DNA of 64,000 nt, taken from NCBI GenBank assembly GCA_002269645.1, contig NIVC01002417.1:1-64000 (forward strand). Direction: 5' to 3'. The stretch is from Macrostomum lignano. Lineage: Eukaryota. Within the stretch, counting starts at the first letter, position 1, and every line of letters begins with the position of its first letter. Below are positions 12,301-24,360 of this stretch, in pieces. The notes below the pieces were generated by a model. The model did no database searches, had not been told where the DNA came from, and worked only from the letters and a program-made list of their open reading frames with translations. The position numbers and the translations under genes are program-made.

Positions 12301-13516
12301 TAGCCCAGCCTCCCAGTATGCCCAGAAAAACAAGGTGGCTAAAGCCGGTTGTAGACCACCAAGTCGCCAGAGCCACTGCAGGGCCTCCGCACAGGCCTCC
12401 TGGATGACAGGATGAGGTGGGCGGCGGTTGGCTGGGGTAGGGCACCAATCATCAACTGCCAGTTGGCGTCAATGTGGCAGCGGTGCCAGTACAGGGCATT
12501 GTCCAGGGTGGCAGCAAGGGCCTGCCGCTATACTGGCCTTCCAGTTCCGAGTTTGGCCAGGCAGCGTATGCCCAAGCAGCAACCATCCACCATTCCTCTT
12601 CCAAAAGTTGGCTAGCCGGCCCTGGCAACGAGGATGCTTGTAAAATTTTTGTGCACTTGCGCACTGAAAAGGAGCCTACTTGTACGCTCTTAAAGAAATG
12701 TGTGCGCACTCTATCATATGGGCTTGCGCAAGAAGCTGTTTGCCACAGAATCACAGACAGGATTTGACTTTTAAATGCATTCAACATGGTTATGTGCCAT
12801 GTGGCATATGCGCGCTCAAGTTTTCCTACTTTTCATAGTCCAGAAGGTTGTTTTTATGCCAGAAAATTTCAAAATAAAAGTAAAACAAAGAATAACAGTT
12901 TTTAGCAAAAACAGTTACTTTAAAGTTTAGTAAAACTCTTATAATTTTTAAAGAATATTTTTTCTAAAAAATACTATGTTCAAGCTAATTTACACTTAAA
13001 GTATAATTTTTTAATTTACGTTGGTATAGAATTCAAAAACTTGAAAAAATGAAATTTCATTTTTTGCGCATGGGCCATGCTCCACATTATGACTTATTTT
13101 TATAGCTGGCATGCACGCTTGCACGCTGCTCCAAAAAAGTGTGCACACGTTTTCCTATCCCCGAGCAAGAATTCTATCCTGGGCCCTATTGTAGCAAATA
13201 GGGGTATACATGGATGGCGTCTTGTGCACATGTGAAAATTTGAAAATCTTGCGCCAATAGATTTTCTTGCGTGCACACCTATAGATTATGTGCGCATCAC
13301 AGGTGTTGTCTATGCCGCAAAATGTAGCTTTGCGCACTGCAGTGGTAACACATAATACATGTATAAAATAGACCTGCGCGCGCTGCTGCTGCGCAGTGGT
13401 AGCACATGATGATGATACATGCACAAAATAGATCTGCACCATGCCACTTCAGTGTTGGCGCATGATAGATGCACAAGTACAAGATAGAGCTGCATTCGAG
13501 CAGATAGAGTCGCAGT

Positions 13517-13650
13517 TTGCTGGCCAAAGTTTGCTAGCCAAAGTTTGCTGGCCAAAGTTTGCAAGTTTGCTGGCCAAAGTTTGCTAGCCAAAGTTTGCTG
13601 GCCAAAGTTTGCAAGTTTGCTGGCCAAAGTTTGCTAGCCAAAGTTTGCTA
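13517..13650. repeat. Short tandem array (caaagtttgctggc / caaagtttgctagc)
   Basis: Seen directly. It is related in inverted orientation to the 15050-15820 array. Confidence 0.9.
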
Positions 13651-15049
13651 GCAAAACCCACAAAGTTGTAGTTTACTAGAGACAATTTTGCTTGTCCAAT
13701 TCAACAAGAAACTTAGTGTACTTATATTAGGACTATTAAATTTGCGCTTAATCGCTCTATTGACTATCCTTTTGTTGTGTTGATTAGCAGTGATGCAAAT
13801 CTCTCAATTTATCTTAATATAAGCGTATCAAAACTGACACGTTACTTGTGTGTATGTATGTATATTGTAAGTGAACTCTATAATACTGGCAAATCAGTGT
13901 CGAAACTTATATGGGGAAATTGCAAATTTTTCTAACTATAAAAATGAAAACTCTATGGATCTGTGGACAAATTTCTTTGCTCAGGGCTCAGGCCTATGGA
14001 CATGGCATGGATTCCCAAATTGCAAACTGCTTAACCAAATTATAAACTTTATTTGAAGTGGCTCAAATATTAAAATATAATGTTTTTAAGGCTTTCAATG
14101 GGCGCTCCATTTTATGATTTCATTGTTCAACCATTTAGGCCTCTCCTTGGCCAATGTACAGTGCAAAATGTATATTCACAATAAAGCCTACAAGTTTTAT
14201 GACCCTATGTGCAGTGGGCTTGCAATTTGTGGTGTTGATTGAATTTTATCTTTTACTAACCAGTCTGATAGACAATTGATAAAAGATAGGGATGTTATAA
14301 AGCTGGCCTCAAATGCAATGAGTGCAAACCAAGCCTTTTTTCATCAATACTAAAACATTGCTATGCACTTTTAAATTTAGTCTGCCTTTTGTCAAAAAGA
14401 CAAATTAAGCACCCTAACCTCCCTCCGCCTTTCTCCTTCCCCTATCTGACCAGATGTGTAAAAGGGGTTTTAAAATTGACTAATTTTTGGCTGTCATAAG
14501 TTTGATCCGCGTAAAGCAATTAACTTCAAACTTGAAACACGTCTTCATTGACTCACTCTTCTGTCTGAATATAAAGTTTCAACTTTATAATTGTAACTCA
14601 ATCAGGACAGAATCTATAGTCTCTAAACATATGAAGTTTGCCTGCTTTACTGATGTTTGTGCCCCTCATCCAACTCATTCCCCCAGACAAAGGGTCAGGC
14701 AATAGGGCTCAATGTAAATTATAGCAAATATAGTTTTGGAATAACTTTTTATAGCCTTCTTTGCACCCCATGGAGAGGCTAGAGTACTATATATTTAGCC
14801 AGGCCTATGACAGTTTATTAAGTTTAAGTAAGAAATTTGAACTACTGTCCTACTATCTGACTGACACTTAAAGTATTCTATACCCACAATGACAAACTAA
14901 CTGTAAATTCCAAGCACTTAAACTGATGCTGGTGCTTTTTAGTTATAAAATATTTGAGATTTTTGCCCACTTCTCTGGATTATTTTAGCAAAAACCATGC
15001 ATTACCAATGCCTGAAAACAAGCAATCTTTTGACACCAGCTGCAAAAAG

Positions 15050-15820
15050 TTCGGCTAGCAAACTTCAGCTAGCAGGTTTTGGCTAACAAACTTCAGGTTT
15101 CAGCGAGCAGGTTTCAGCTAGCAAACTTCAGCTAGGAGGTTTTGGCTAGCAAACTTTGGCGAGCAGGTTTCAGCTAGCAAAATTTAGCTAGCAAGTTTTG
15201 GCTAGCAAACTTCAGCTGGCAAACTTCAGCAAGCAGGTTTCAGCTAGCAAACTTTAGCTAGGAGGTTTTGGCTAGCAAACTTCAGGTTTCAGCGAGCAGG
15301 TTTCAGCTAGCAAACTTCAGCTAGGAGGTTTTGGCTAGCAAACTTTGGCAAGCAGGTTTCAGCTAGCAAAATTTAGCTAGCAAGTTTTGGCTAGCAAACT
15401 TCAACTGGCAAACTTCAGCAAGCAGGTTTCAGCTAGCAAACTTTAGCTAGGAGGTTTTGGCTAGCAAACTTCAGCTAGCAGGTTTTGGCTAGCAAACTTC
15501 AGTAAGCAGGTTTTGGGTAGCAAACTTCAGCTAGCAGGTTTTGGCTAGCAAACTTCAACTAGGATGTTTTGGTTAGCAAACTTCAGTAAGCAGGTTTTGG
15601 CTAGCATACTTCAGCTAGCAGGTTTTGGCTAGCAAACTTCAGCTAGCAGGTTTTGGCTAGCAAACTTCAGCTAGCAGGTTTTGGCTAGCAAACTTCAGCT
15701 AGCAGGTTTTGGCTAGCAAACTTCAGCTAGCAGGTTTTGGCTAGCAAACTTCAGCTAGCAGGTTTTGGCTAGCAAACTTCAGCTAGCAGGTTTTGGCTAG
15801 CAAACTTCAGCTAGCAGGTT
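15050..15820. repeat. Minisatellite, 28-bp unit cagctagcaggttttggctagcaaactt
   Basis: Seen directly. The 3' part is homogeneous and the 5' part more variant. Confidence 0.95.
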
Positions 15821-16609
15821 TCAACAAAATTCAAGTCAGCAATTGGAAAAAGAAGCAAGAGGCCCAGCAGCGGCTGAAAAGCGAGACTCAGTATGTTCAA
15901 TTTTTTTGATATTTCTTTATTTATATGCAGGAGGGGCAAAAACGTAAGAAAATTCTTTTTTTATGTGCAACTGTGCACCTTTGATAAAATTTAGCTTGCG
16001 CGGCTGCGCACCTGGCAAGGCATCTACACATTTTTTAGATTCGCTGCAATAAGGCTTGTAAGGCTAGGCCTAGGCCCTACTAAAAGAACTAGAGCCTAAT
16101 CTAAATCTAATGAGATGTCTAGAAATGGAATTAGGCCTAGGCCTAGTCTAGGTGCTTATCAGTGTTTAGACTTATAGGTCTAGGCCTAGTTAATGCCAAT
16201 GGACCCTATTTTTACAGGCTGAAAGCTGAAACCTATTTTATAAAAGTATTTTTTGATGTTAGGCCTATCTTTTTTATTTAGGCCTAATTAACTTTTTGTC
16301 ATGTTTATGATAGGAGTACATCTAGAGGTTTCAGAAGGGGGCAATTGAGACCTAGTAAAAATTAAAAAGGCAAGATCTTAAATTGAGGTTTTTATTTCTT
16401 GTATTGTAAAAGCAAATTTCACCAAAATATTCCAGAATGGAGTTTAACTCTTTGTCAAGTTGTGTAGTTTTGTAGGGTCTAAAACTAAGGGAAAGTTTTA
16501 AAGTAGAAAGCTAAAACTTAAAAACACAAATTGCATTTAATGATATGTTTAGGCCTACTTTTCTTGGCAGATAATTGTCAAAAAAAACTTTTTTAATTAG
16601 AGTATTTCA

Positions 16610-17240
16610 TATTTATTGCAAGAGGAAAGAAGAAGTAAAAAAGAGGAAGAGAAAAAAAAGAAAGAGGAAGAAGAAAAATGTTGGCCAGAAAAGTAGGAGG
16701 AATTGGAAAGAGTAGTGATGAGAAAAGGGAAAGATAAGATGAGAAAAAAGAAACTATATAGGAAAAAGTTGAGAGGAAACAGAAAGTTGAAAGAGAGAGA
16801 AAAGATAAAAGAATAGAAAAGAGATGAAATAGAAGAAATGAAAGAAGAGAAAGGAAAGATGAGACAGCAGAGATAAGAGATGTGACAATAAAGAGAACAA
16901 AGAAAAATGAGAAAGCAGAGAAAAAACAATATGAGAAAGAAATGGAGTGAAGAGAGAGAAGATAGAATGATAGAATTGAGACAACAGGGAGAGAGGAAAA
17001 GGGAGAGAAAAGAAAAAATAGAGAGGAATCAAGAAGACAGGGAGAAAGGGGAAAGGATAAAGGAGAGATAAGAAAGTAGAGGAAGGAAAGAAAGTAAAGA
17101 AAAGTTAATTTTTAAGAAGAAAAGAAAGATGTTAGAAAGGAGAGTATATATTAGAGATAAAAGAAAAAAAGACTGGAAAAAGTAGATAGGAGAAAGGATT
17201 GAGATCAAGACAAGAGAAGAAAAAGTATAGAGATCCAAAG
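16610..17240. repeat. Non-periodic polypurine (A/G) low-complexity tract
   Basis: About 630 bp, mostly A/G on the + strand, with no fixed unit. Confidence 0.9.
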
Positions 17241-17513
17241 TAAAATACTAAAAGTGGGAAGCCACACAAGGGGGCCCATGGCCTAACATGGGGTCTCAAG
17301 CCTCTCCCCCTGCCTCCCTTTTGGATGCGCCTCTAGTTTGGGGTAGATTAATATAGTAATAGTAAGCTTAGCATTAGCAAGCTATTTATAGTAGTCTTAG
17401 TCATTCCTATTCTTGGATATTGTATTTATATTCCTAGACCTAGGCTAGTCCTTTATTGGCAAGTGGCAATTTTTGTTCATTTTTGTGTTCTACTATGGCA
17501 ATTATTCCAAGTA

Positions 17514-17650
17514 TCTCCTATATACTAAAAATGAGTTGTCTGTATATGGGTATGCGATTGATTTCAGAAAAAACGGCTCAACCGATTTTCTTCAAACTTG
17601 CACCATTCGATCAGAAATTTTTCTGGGACGGTACATGCATCTTAGCTAAG
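17514..17650 (+). mobile_element. Possible 5' end of a non-autonomous Helitron-like element
   Basis: A|TC start (a|tctcctatatactaaaaatgag), then tgtctgt and aaacggctcaaccgatttt...aaactt, which resembles invertebrate non-autonomous Helitron 5' ends. No CTRR 3' end or hairpin was located. Confidence 0.35.
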
Positions 17651-18124
17651 AAATTGCTCAATGTGAAAGGGATTAAATATTCGAAAAACATGCTTTCTTG
17701 CAAAGGTCAAGCAAAATTTCGACTTGAAATGCATTGTAAGAATGCTAAAGAAAAAGCTGACTGGTTGAATTCTGATTGTGATAAAGATTGCATCACAACA
17801 AGTTGAAAACAGTGCCGAAGAAATGCACACACGACTTGATTTAAATTGCGTAACCAATATTGCTAACTCAAATTAAGACTGATACTGGCTGACTGAGAAA
17901 TTGATTATGTCACAACTTTCTACTTCAATTGACTTCCTGTAAGAATTGAATTATAAGGGCCACAATTCATGTTCTCCAATTGAAAAGAGATAGCCAAGAT
18001 GCGAACAGAATGGAATGCTAATGTAGCGACCTGGGTTCGAATCTTAGTAGTGCAAAAGGATTTTTTTTATCAAAACACCTTAAAAACACAACAAAACTGC
18101 TAAACATAATACCTGGTAGAAGCG

Positions 18125-19110
18125 CAATGTCAAACATAGAAGAGCCACCATGTCAAACAAAGAAGAGCCACCATGTCAAACATAAAAGAGCCACCATGTC
18201 AGACATTAAAAAGCCACCGTATCAAACATAAAAGAGTTACCATGTAGAACATTAAAGAGCCACCATTTCAAACAGTAAAGAGCCACCATGTCAAACATAA
18301 AAGAGCCACCATTTCAAACATTAAAAAGCCACCATGTTGAACATAAAAGAGCCACCATGTAGAATATTAAAGAGCCACCATGAAGAACATTAAAGAGCCA
18401 CCATGAAGAACAAATTAAAGAGCCACCATGTCAAACATTTAAGAGCCACCATGAAGAACATTAAAGAGCCACCATGTCAAACATTTAAGAGCCACCATGT
18501 CAAACATTTAAGAGCCACCATGTCAAACATATATGTGACTTTATGTCAAACTTTAAAAAGCCACCATTTCGAACATTAAATAGCCACTTTGTTAAACATT
18601 AGAGAGCCGCCGTGTCAAACATAAAAGAGCCACCAGGTTAAACATTAAAGAGCCACCATGTCAAACATTAAAGAGCCACCATTTCAAACATAAAAGAGCC
18701 ATTATGTCAAACATTTAAGAGCCACCATGTCAAACATTTAAGAGCCACCAAGTCAAACATTTAAGAGCCACCATGTCAAACATTTAAGAGCCACCATGTC
18801 AAACATAAAAGAGCCATCATATCAAACATTAAAGAGCCACTTTGTCTAACATTAAAGAGCCACCATGTCAAACATTAAAGAGCCACCATGTCAAACATAA
18901 AAGAGCCACCATGTCAAACAATAAAAAGCCACTTTGTCTAACATTAAAGAGCCACCATGTCAAACATAGAAGAGCCACCATGTTAGACATTGAAAAGCAC
19001 CGTATCAAACATAAAAGAGCCACCATGTCAACATAAAAGAGCCACAATGTCAACATAAAAGAGCCACCATGTCAAACAATAAAGAGCCACCATGTCAAAC
19101 ATAAAAGATA
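18125..19110. repeat. Minisatellite, ~22-bp unit aaagagccaccatgtcaaacat
   Basis: Seen directly. Confidence 0.95.
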
Positions 19111-19194
19111 CACAATTTCAAACGTAAAAGTAAGCGAATTTTAAAGGAGCCACTTTAATGCTAAGGAAATTGTCGCACTAGCTACTTATTGTCT

Positions 19195-19430
19195 GGTGGA
19201 TGCTTGCTCTCTGGAAGATGCTTGCTATCTGGGGGATGCTTGCTATCTGGGGGATGCTTGCTATCTGGGGGAAGCTTGCTATCTTGGGGATGCTTGCTAT
19301 CTGGGGGATGCTGGCTATCTGGGGGATGCTTGCTATCTGGGGGAAGCTTGCTATCTTAGGGATGCTTGCTATCTGGTGGATGCTAGCTATCTGGGGGATG
19401 CTTGCTATCTGGGGGATGCTTGCTGTCTTG
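19195..19430. repeat. Minisatellite, 18-bp unit gatgcttgctatctgggg
   Basis: Seen directly. Confidence 0.95.
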
Positions 19431-22173
19431 GGATGATTTCTTTTTGCATTGCACTTCATTTAAGTATTTTGTCTGTTTTCTTTGTGATTGTGAATGCTTT
19501 TTTGGCTATATTTTTGTTACTTGTAGAGAGCAGAGATTCTATACAGATGTCCCCCAACGGGGGGCGAATATTGCTAGTCCTGATCTAATGTCCTTTATAT
19601 CAAGGCAAAGGCATAAGCCATCATAACTTTGGTTTCTTGTTTTAAATTATTTTGATGCTTTTTTGTTAAGTTAAAAAAGTCACAAAGGGTTAATAGTTTG
19701 CAATCCAATATAGGATGTTGCCTAACTAATGCTTAGGAAAGATATGGCACTATATAAACTCTCAGAGATAAGTCTCAAATAGATTGTCACATTCTATCAT
19801 TTTATGCATGGTATAAAAATTGGTCTTGCAGTTGCAGAGTGCCTATGTACCTTTGATTAGATTTGTATAGGCCTATGGGTTGTTTGAGTCTCTAAAATGC
19901 TACAAATGCCATTGAGCAATGCCATGTACCTATTTTAACTAGGCCAATTACCCAGTTGCCTTTTCAAAACTAGCCTTATTGATTGATATTTCTAGTGTAT
20001 AAATTTGTTTTTTATTGATACCTGGGCTATCTAGCTACGTATTGAGTGAATCAAATGATGAAATTTAGCTAAAGTCCTAAAATGATGAAGTCCCATATGA
20101 AATTTAGCCAATCTACCATAGCTTCCCAACCAATCTTAGTGTCTTTCTTAATGTCCCTAGCCTATAAGTCTGTTAACTAAAAATAATTTATGTCAATCAT
20201 TTGTGGCAGCAACATGTGGCTACCTTTAAAGGAGCCCTTTTATACTAAATAGTGCCACTTGCAGTTATTGTATGCATAATATAAGCTATCACTAACATTT
20301 TTACCTTGATGGCACTAGAGCAATATGGCATTGTTGCGATTCTTATAGGTCCTACTTTTTGCTAGCAGGTGGTATCTGGCTCACCATTTCAGGGCTTTGT
20401 TGATGTCAGGGACAAGGGTGATTAGTCTATTGTGATTGATAGCCAGATTGCATAGAATGAGGCTGTTCTGAAGCTCTATAAAAGGTACAATGGTTGTAGG
20501 CCCTGCAAGTCAGCCTGTCATTGGCTGAAATATATGAAAAAAAGTATTAAAATAATTTAGAATGGAAAACCAAAGTTATGCCAAATCAGGTTCCTTAGTA
20601 GTATTTCTAGTGCATAAATTTTGATTTGTCAATTCCAAGTAAGGCCTAGTCTAGCCTTGTCTATAAAGTTTGATAAGATGGTCAAGCACTAGATATTGTT
20701 GAATCTGTTGATATTTTTATATAGAAATTCTATTGTAGAAAACCAATCTACTAAAGTAATAAGAAAAACAACTTTATCATTATAAGCTATATCTAACAAG
20801 ATATTGTCAATAATATTTTTTATTTTAACATGATTCCTTATACAAGTGGTATTATCAGGTGATGAGTATTAATAAGTTAAACAAAACTTTGCAAAAATAG
20901 AAGTGGATAAGAGAAAAAGGGTAAAGGCTAACAAAAGTGGTAGTGGGTAAGTGCACAGAATAAGAAAAGATAGGTCACAAAATCTTTAAATGTACTTTAG
21001 TGCCTGTTAAATAGGTTTAGGCTCTTTCATATACAATGCATCTAAAGTTAATAGCTTTCCACTATATTGACCATTGTCAATAATATTAAATTGGTCAATA
21101 TGCTTGCATTGGGTACATTGGTTGCACACAAGGTGATCATATATAGTGGACACTTTAAAAAAGTTCCTTCACTCTTATATTTAGGTGTCACTCTATTTAC
21201 CAATTTAAAACTGGCTTTACTTACCAGTGCACAAAATTTGTAAATGACACCAGCATGTAGTGGCTTAGTAACAATACATTTGAGGTTTTGAGTAAATTGA
21301 CCAACTTTCATGGTGAAAAAGCTGATGATAATGTCAGTTTGGAGGGTCATAGGCTCTTTCATATTGTATAGGTGGTAGCACAACAATTGCCTGCACACAA
21401 CTGCCTGCACAATAATGGCCTGCGGTGACAGTTGTCTATGAAGACAACTGACTGCTAGCTGAGCTTGTTGAACAACTCAGAGCACAACATCATAGTTATT
21501 ATTAGTAATTAGAAGAAACTATAAAATACCAAATGAAAAAAACTGGTTTGAGTGTAATAAATTCAAAAGTATGTTAAATATATATATATTTATTAAACTG
21601 CACATGCAAAATTCTAAATTGACAGAATCTATTTGCTGCTACTACAGTACATTGGTTCACCAAGTTATTAACTTAGTTTTAATAAAAGTAAATACATATG
21701 CACAAACCTATTTCACTACCACCTGCGGCATTGTCAGGCAGTTGGTATTGAAATGTGTTTCTATAACAATATTAATATTCTGTATTTTCTGTCTAAAAAC
21801 CTTTTTATCTATATCTTCCATAGCTGTATACATAATTAAAGTAGAACTTTACTATTTGTAATAATAATTTTTTGGTTTATTCAAAATATTATTACCTTTT
21901 AAAAACTATATGCATGCTTTATATATAAAGTGTTTTTTATGAGTTTGTGCATAAATTTAAGTTGTGAAAAAATTTATAATCAAGAATAGGAGGGCCTTCC
22001 ATAGTCGCAACCAAGCTCTGATAAAACTTACTATTAAAGCTAAATCTCTAGATTGCATTATGGGACAATGGCAAAAGCAAGATGGCATATGCGGCATTAA
22101 TTAATAGCTCACCAATGTAACCTTGCATGTATATTTTGATTGGGTAAATCTCTATTAATCTGACATTCTGCAG

Positions 22174-23805
22174 CACTCGAGCCCCAAACCATCCCGTGAA
22201 CTCAACGTCAATCTCAAGGATCCCAAAAGCCCCATGGAGACCCGTCACAGGAAGGCGGCCTCGCCACAGCGCCGCAGGGACACCAGCAGGTCCCGGAGTC
22301 GAATCTCGCGGCCATCGCTGCCAGCCTCCGCTGCCGCCAGCTCCTCACCGGCTGGCAAAGGCGGTCGGCGCCACGGCTTTGCTGGCGGGCGGAACAGCCT
22401 GGCTGGCGGGGTGCCGAGACACCTGCGATATGATCCAAGCATTGAGCTGCGGCAGGTGCGTGCGCTTGCTGGGGGTATTGGGAGCATCCCAGGTATCCCA
22501 GGTTCTTGAGCAGCCGCACCCCATCCCAGATATCCCAGGTACTAAGCAGCCGCACCCCATCCCAGGTATCCCAGGTACTGAGCAGCCGCACCCCATCCCC
22601 AGGTGAAGGAGCGCACACGCCACCCCATCCCAGGTATCCCAGTTACTGAGCAGCTGCACCCCATCCCAGGTGTCCCAGGTACTCATCTCAGCCGCACCCC
22701 ATCCCCAGGTGAAGGAGCGCACCCCATCCCAGGTATCCCAGTTACTGAGCAGCTGCACCCCATCCCAGGTATCCCAGGTTCTGAGCAGCCGCACCCATCC
22801 CAGGTATCCCAGGTACTGAGCAGCCGCACCCCATCCCAGGTATCACAGGTACTGAGCAGCCGCACCCCATCCCAGGTATCCCAGGTTCTGAGCAGCCGCA
22901 CCCATCCCAGGTATCCCAGGTACTGAGCAGCCGCACCCAATCCCAGGTATCCCAGGTTCTGAGCAGCCGCACCCCATCCCAGGTATCCCAGGTTCTGAGC
23001 AGCCGCACCCCATCCCAGGTATCACAGGTACTGAGCAGCCGCACCCCATCCCAGGTATCCCAGGTACTGAGCAGCCGCACCCCATCCCAGGTATCCCAGG
23101 TACTGAGCAGCCGCACCCCATCCCCAGGTGAAGGAGCGCATCCCCATGTACACTGACTGGGCCAAGCAGGACGAGCTGTTCGAGACGACGCGACTCGACA
23201 GGCAGCGCTACGAGGCCAAGCAGGCGCAGAAGCGGCTGTCGCAGAGCCTCAACAGCAGCGTGGGAGGCAACTTGAACTCATCGCTGAACTCAAACGCCTC
23301 AGACGGCAGCTGCTTCGAGATGGAGGACGATGAGGCGGTTCTGCTGCGTCGGCAGCGCGACATCGACAAGTCGAAGAACCTGACGGCGTACGCGAACTAC
23401 GTGAAGTCGGTGCCGAAGCCTCTGCGGGAGAAGGGCGACCCGCGAACTCCGAACAAGTTCGTGCGAATGTCCCGCAGAGCCTGGGACGGCTGCGTCAAGC
23501 AGTGGAAGCTGCAGCTTCATCGCTGGGATGACGCAGCCAGCAGCAGCGCTGGCATCTCGCCGCGGTCCTCGCCATCGTCCACGCCGCCGCCACCGCCTGC
23601 GAAGCTTCCGGCTGACGATGAAGACGGCGACTCTCGGACCCTCACCGCTGCACCTGCCGCCAACTCCAGCGTCCAGCCCGACGCTCTGCACAGCGGCTTG
23701 ACCAGCGACGTTCAGGGACTCGCTGTGGGAGCCGCCTGTCCCAGACTCACCCGCAAGAGGTCGTCCGCCCTCACCGACTCGCCCTCCAAGAAGCTCAAGC
23801 ACTGA
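22174..23805 (+). CDS. SLBP: Histone RNA hairpin (stem-loop) binding protein; exons 22174-22455 and 23128-23805, 5' exon(s) not located
   Basis: The exon at 23128 encodes the SLBP RNA-binding domain EDDEAVLLRRQRDIDKSKNLTAYANYVKSVP...RTPNKF...SRRAWDGCVKQWKLQLHRWD, plus an upstream DWA motif. The upstream exon has a ctgcag acceptor and a cag|gtgcgt donor, both phase 0. Confidence 0.92.
22480..23125. repeat. Intronic minisatellite, ~36-bp unit cccatcccaggtatcccaggtactgagcagccgcac
   Basis: Fills the SLBP intron up to the acceptor. Confidence 0.95.
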
Positions 23806-24360
23806 GTTGAATGTGCTGCTCAAATACTGAGTTGAATGTGTTGCTCAAATATTGAGTTGAATGTGTTGCTCAAATATTGAGTTGAATGTACTGCTCAAAT
23901 ACTGAGTTGTGTGCTGCTGAGTGATGCTCAAATACTGAGTTGAATGTGCTGCTCAAATACTCAGTTGTGTGCTGCTCAGTGATGCTCAAATACTGAGTTT
24001 TGTGCTGCTGAGTGATGCTCAAATACTGAGTTGTGTGTGCTGCTGAGTGATGCTCAAATACTGAGTTGTGTGCTGCTGAGTGCTGCTCAAATACTGAGTT
24101 GTGTGCTGCTGAGTGTTGCTCAAATACTGAGTTGTGTGTGCTGCTGAGTGCTGCTCAAATACTGAGTTGTGTGCTGCTGAGTGTTGCTCAAATACTGAGT
24201 TGTGTGCTGCTGAGTGCTGCTCAAATACTGAGTTGTGTGCTGCTGAGTGATGCTTAAATACTGAGTTGTGTGCTGCTGAGTGATGCTCAAATACTGAGTT
24301 GTGTGCTGCTGAGTGATGCTCAAATACTGAGTTGTGTGCTGCTGAATGTTGCTTAAATAC
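23800..24360. repeat. Minisatellite, ~25-37-bp units (ctgagttg...tgctgctcaaata), starting at the SLBP stop codon
   Basis: The first unit overlaps the TGA at 23803-23805. Confidence 0.95.

Noticed and set aside
18020-18050. tRNA gene (gacctgggttcgaatc T-loop-like motif)
   Set aside because: No acceptor, D or anticodon stems are discernible; at most a SINE fragment.
21048-21861. ORFs of 96-120 aa upstream of SLBP
   Set aside because: AT-rich, with no recognisable domain or splice support.
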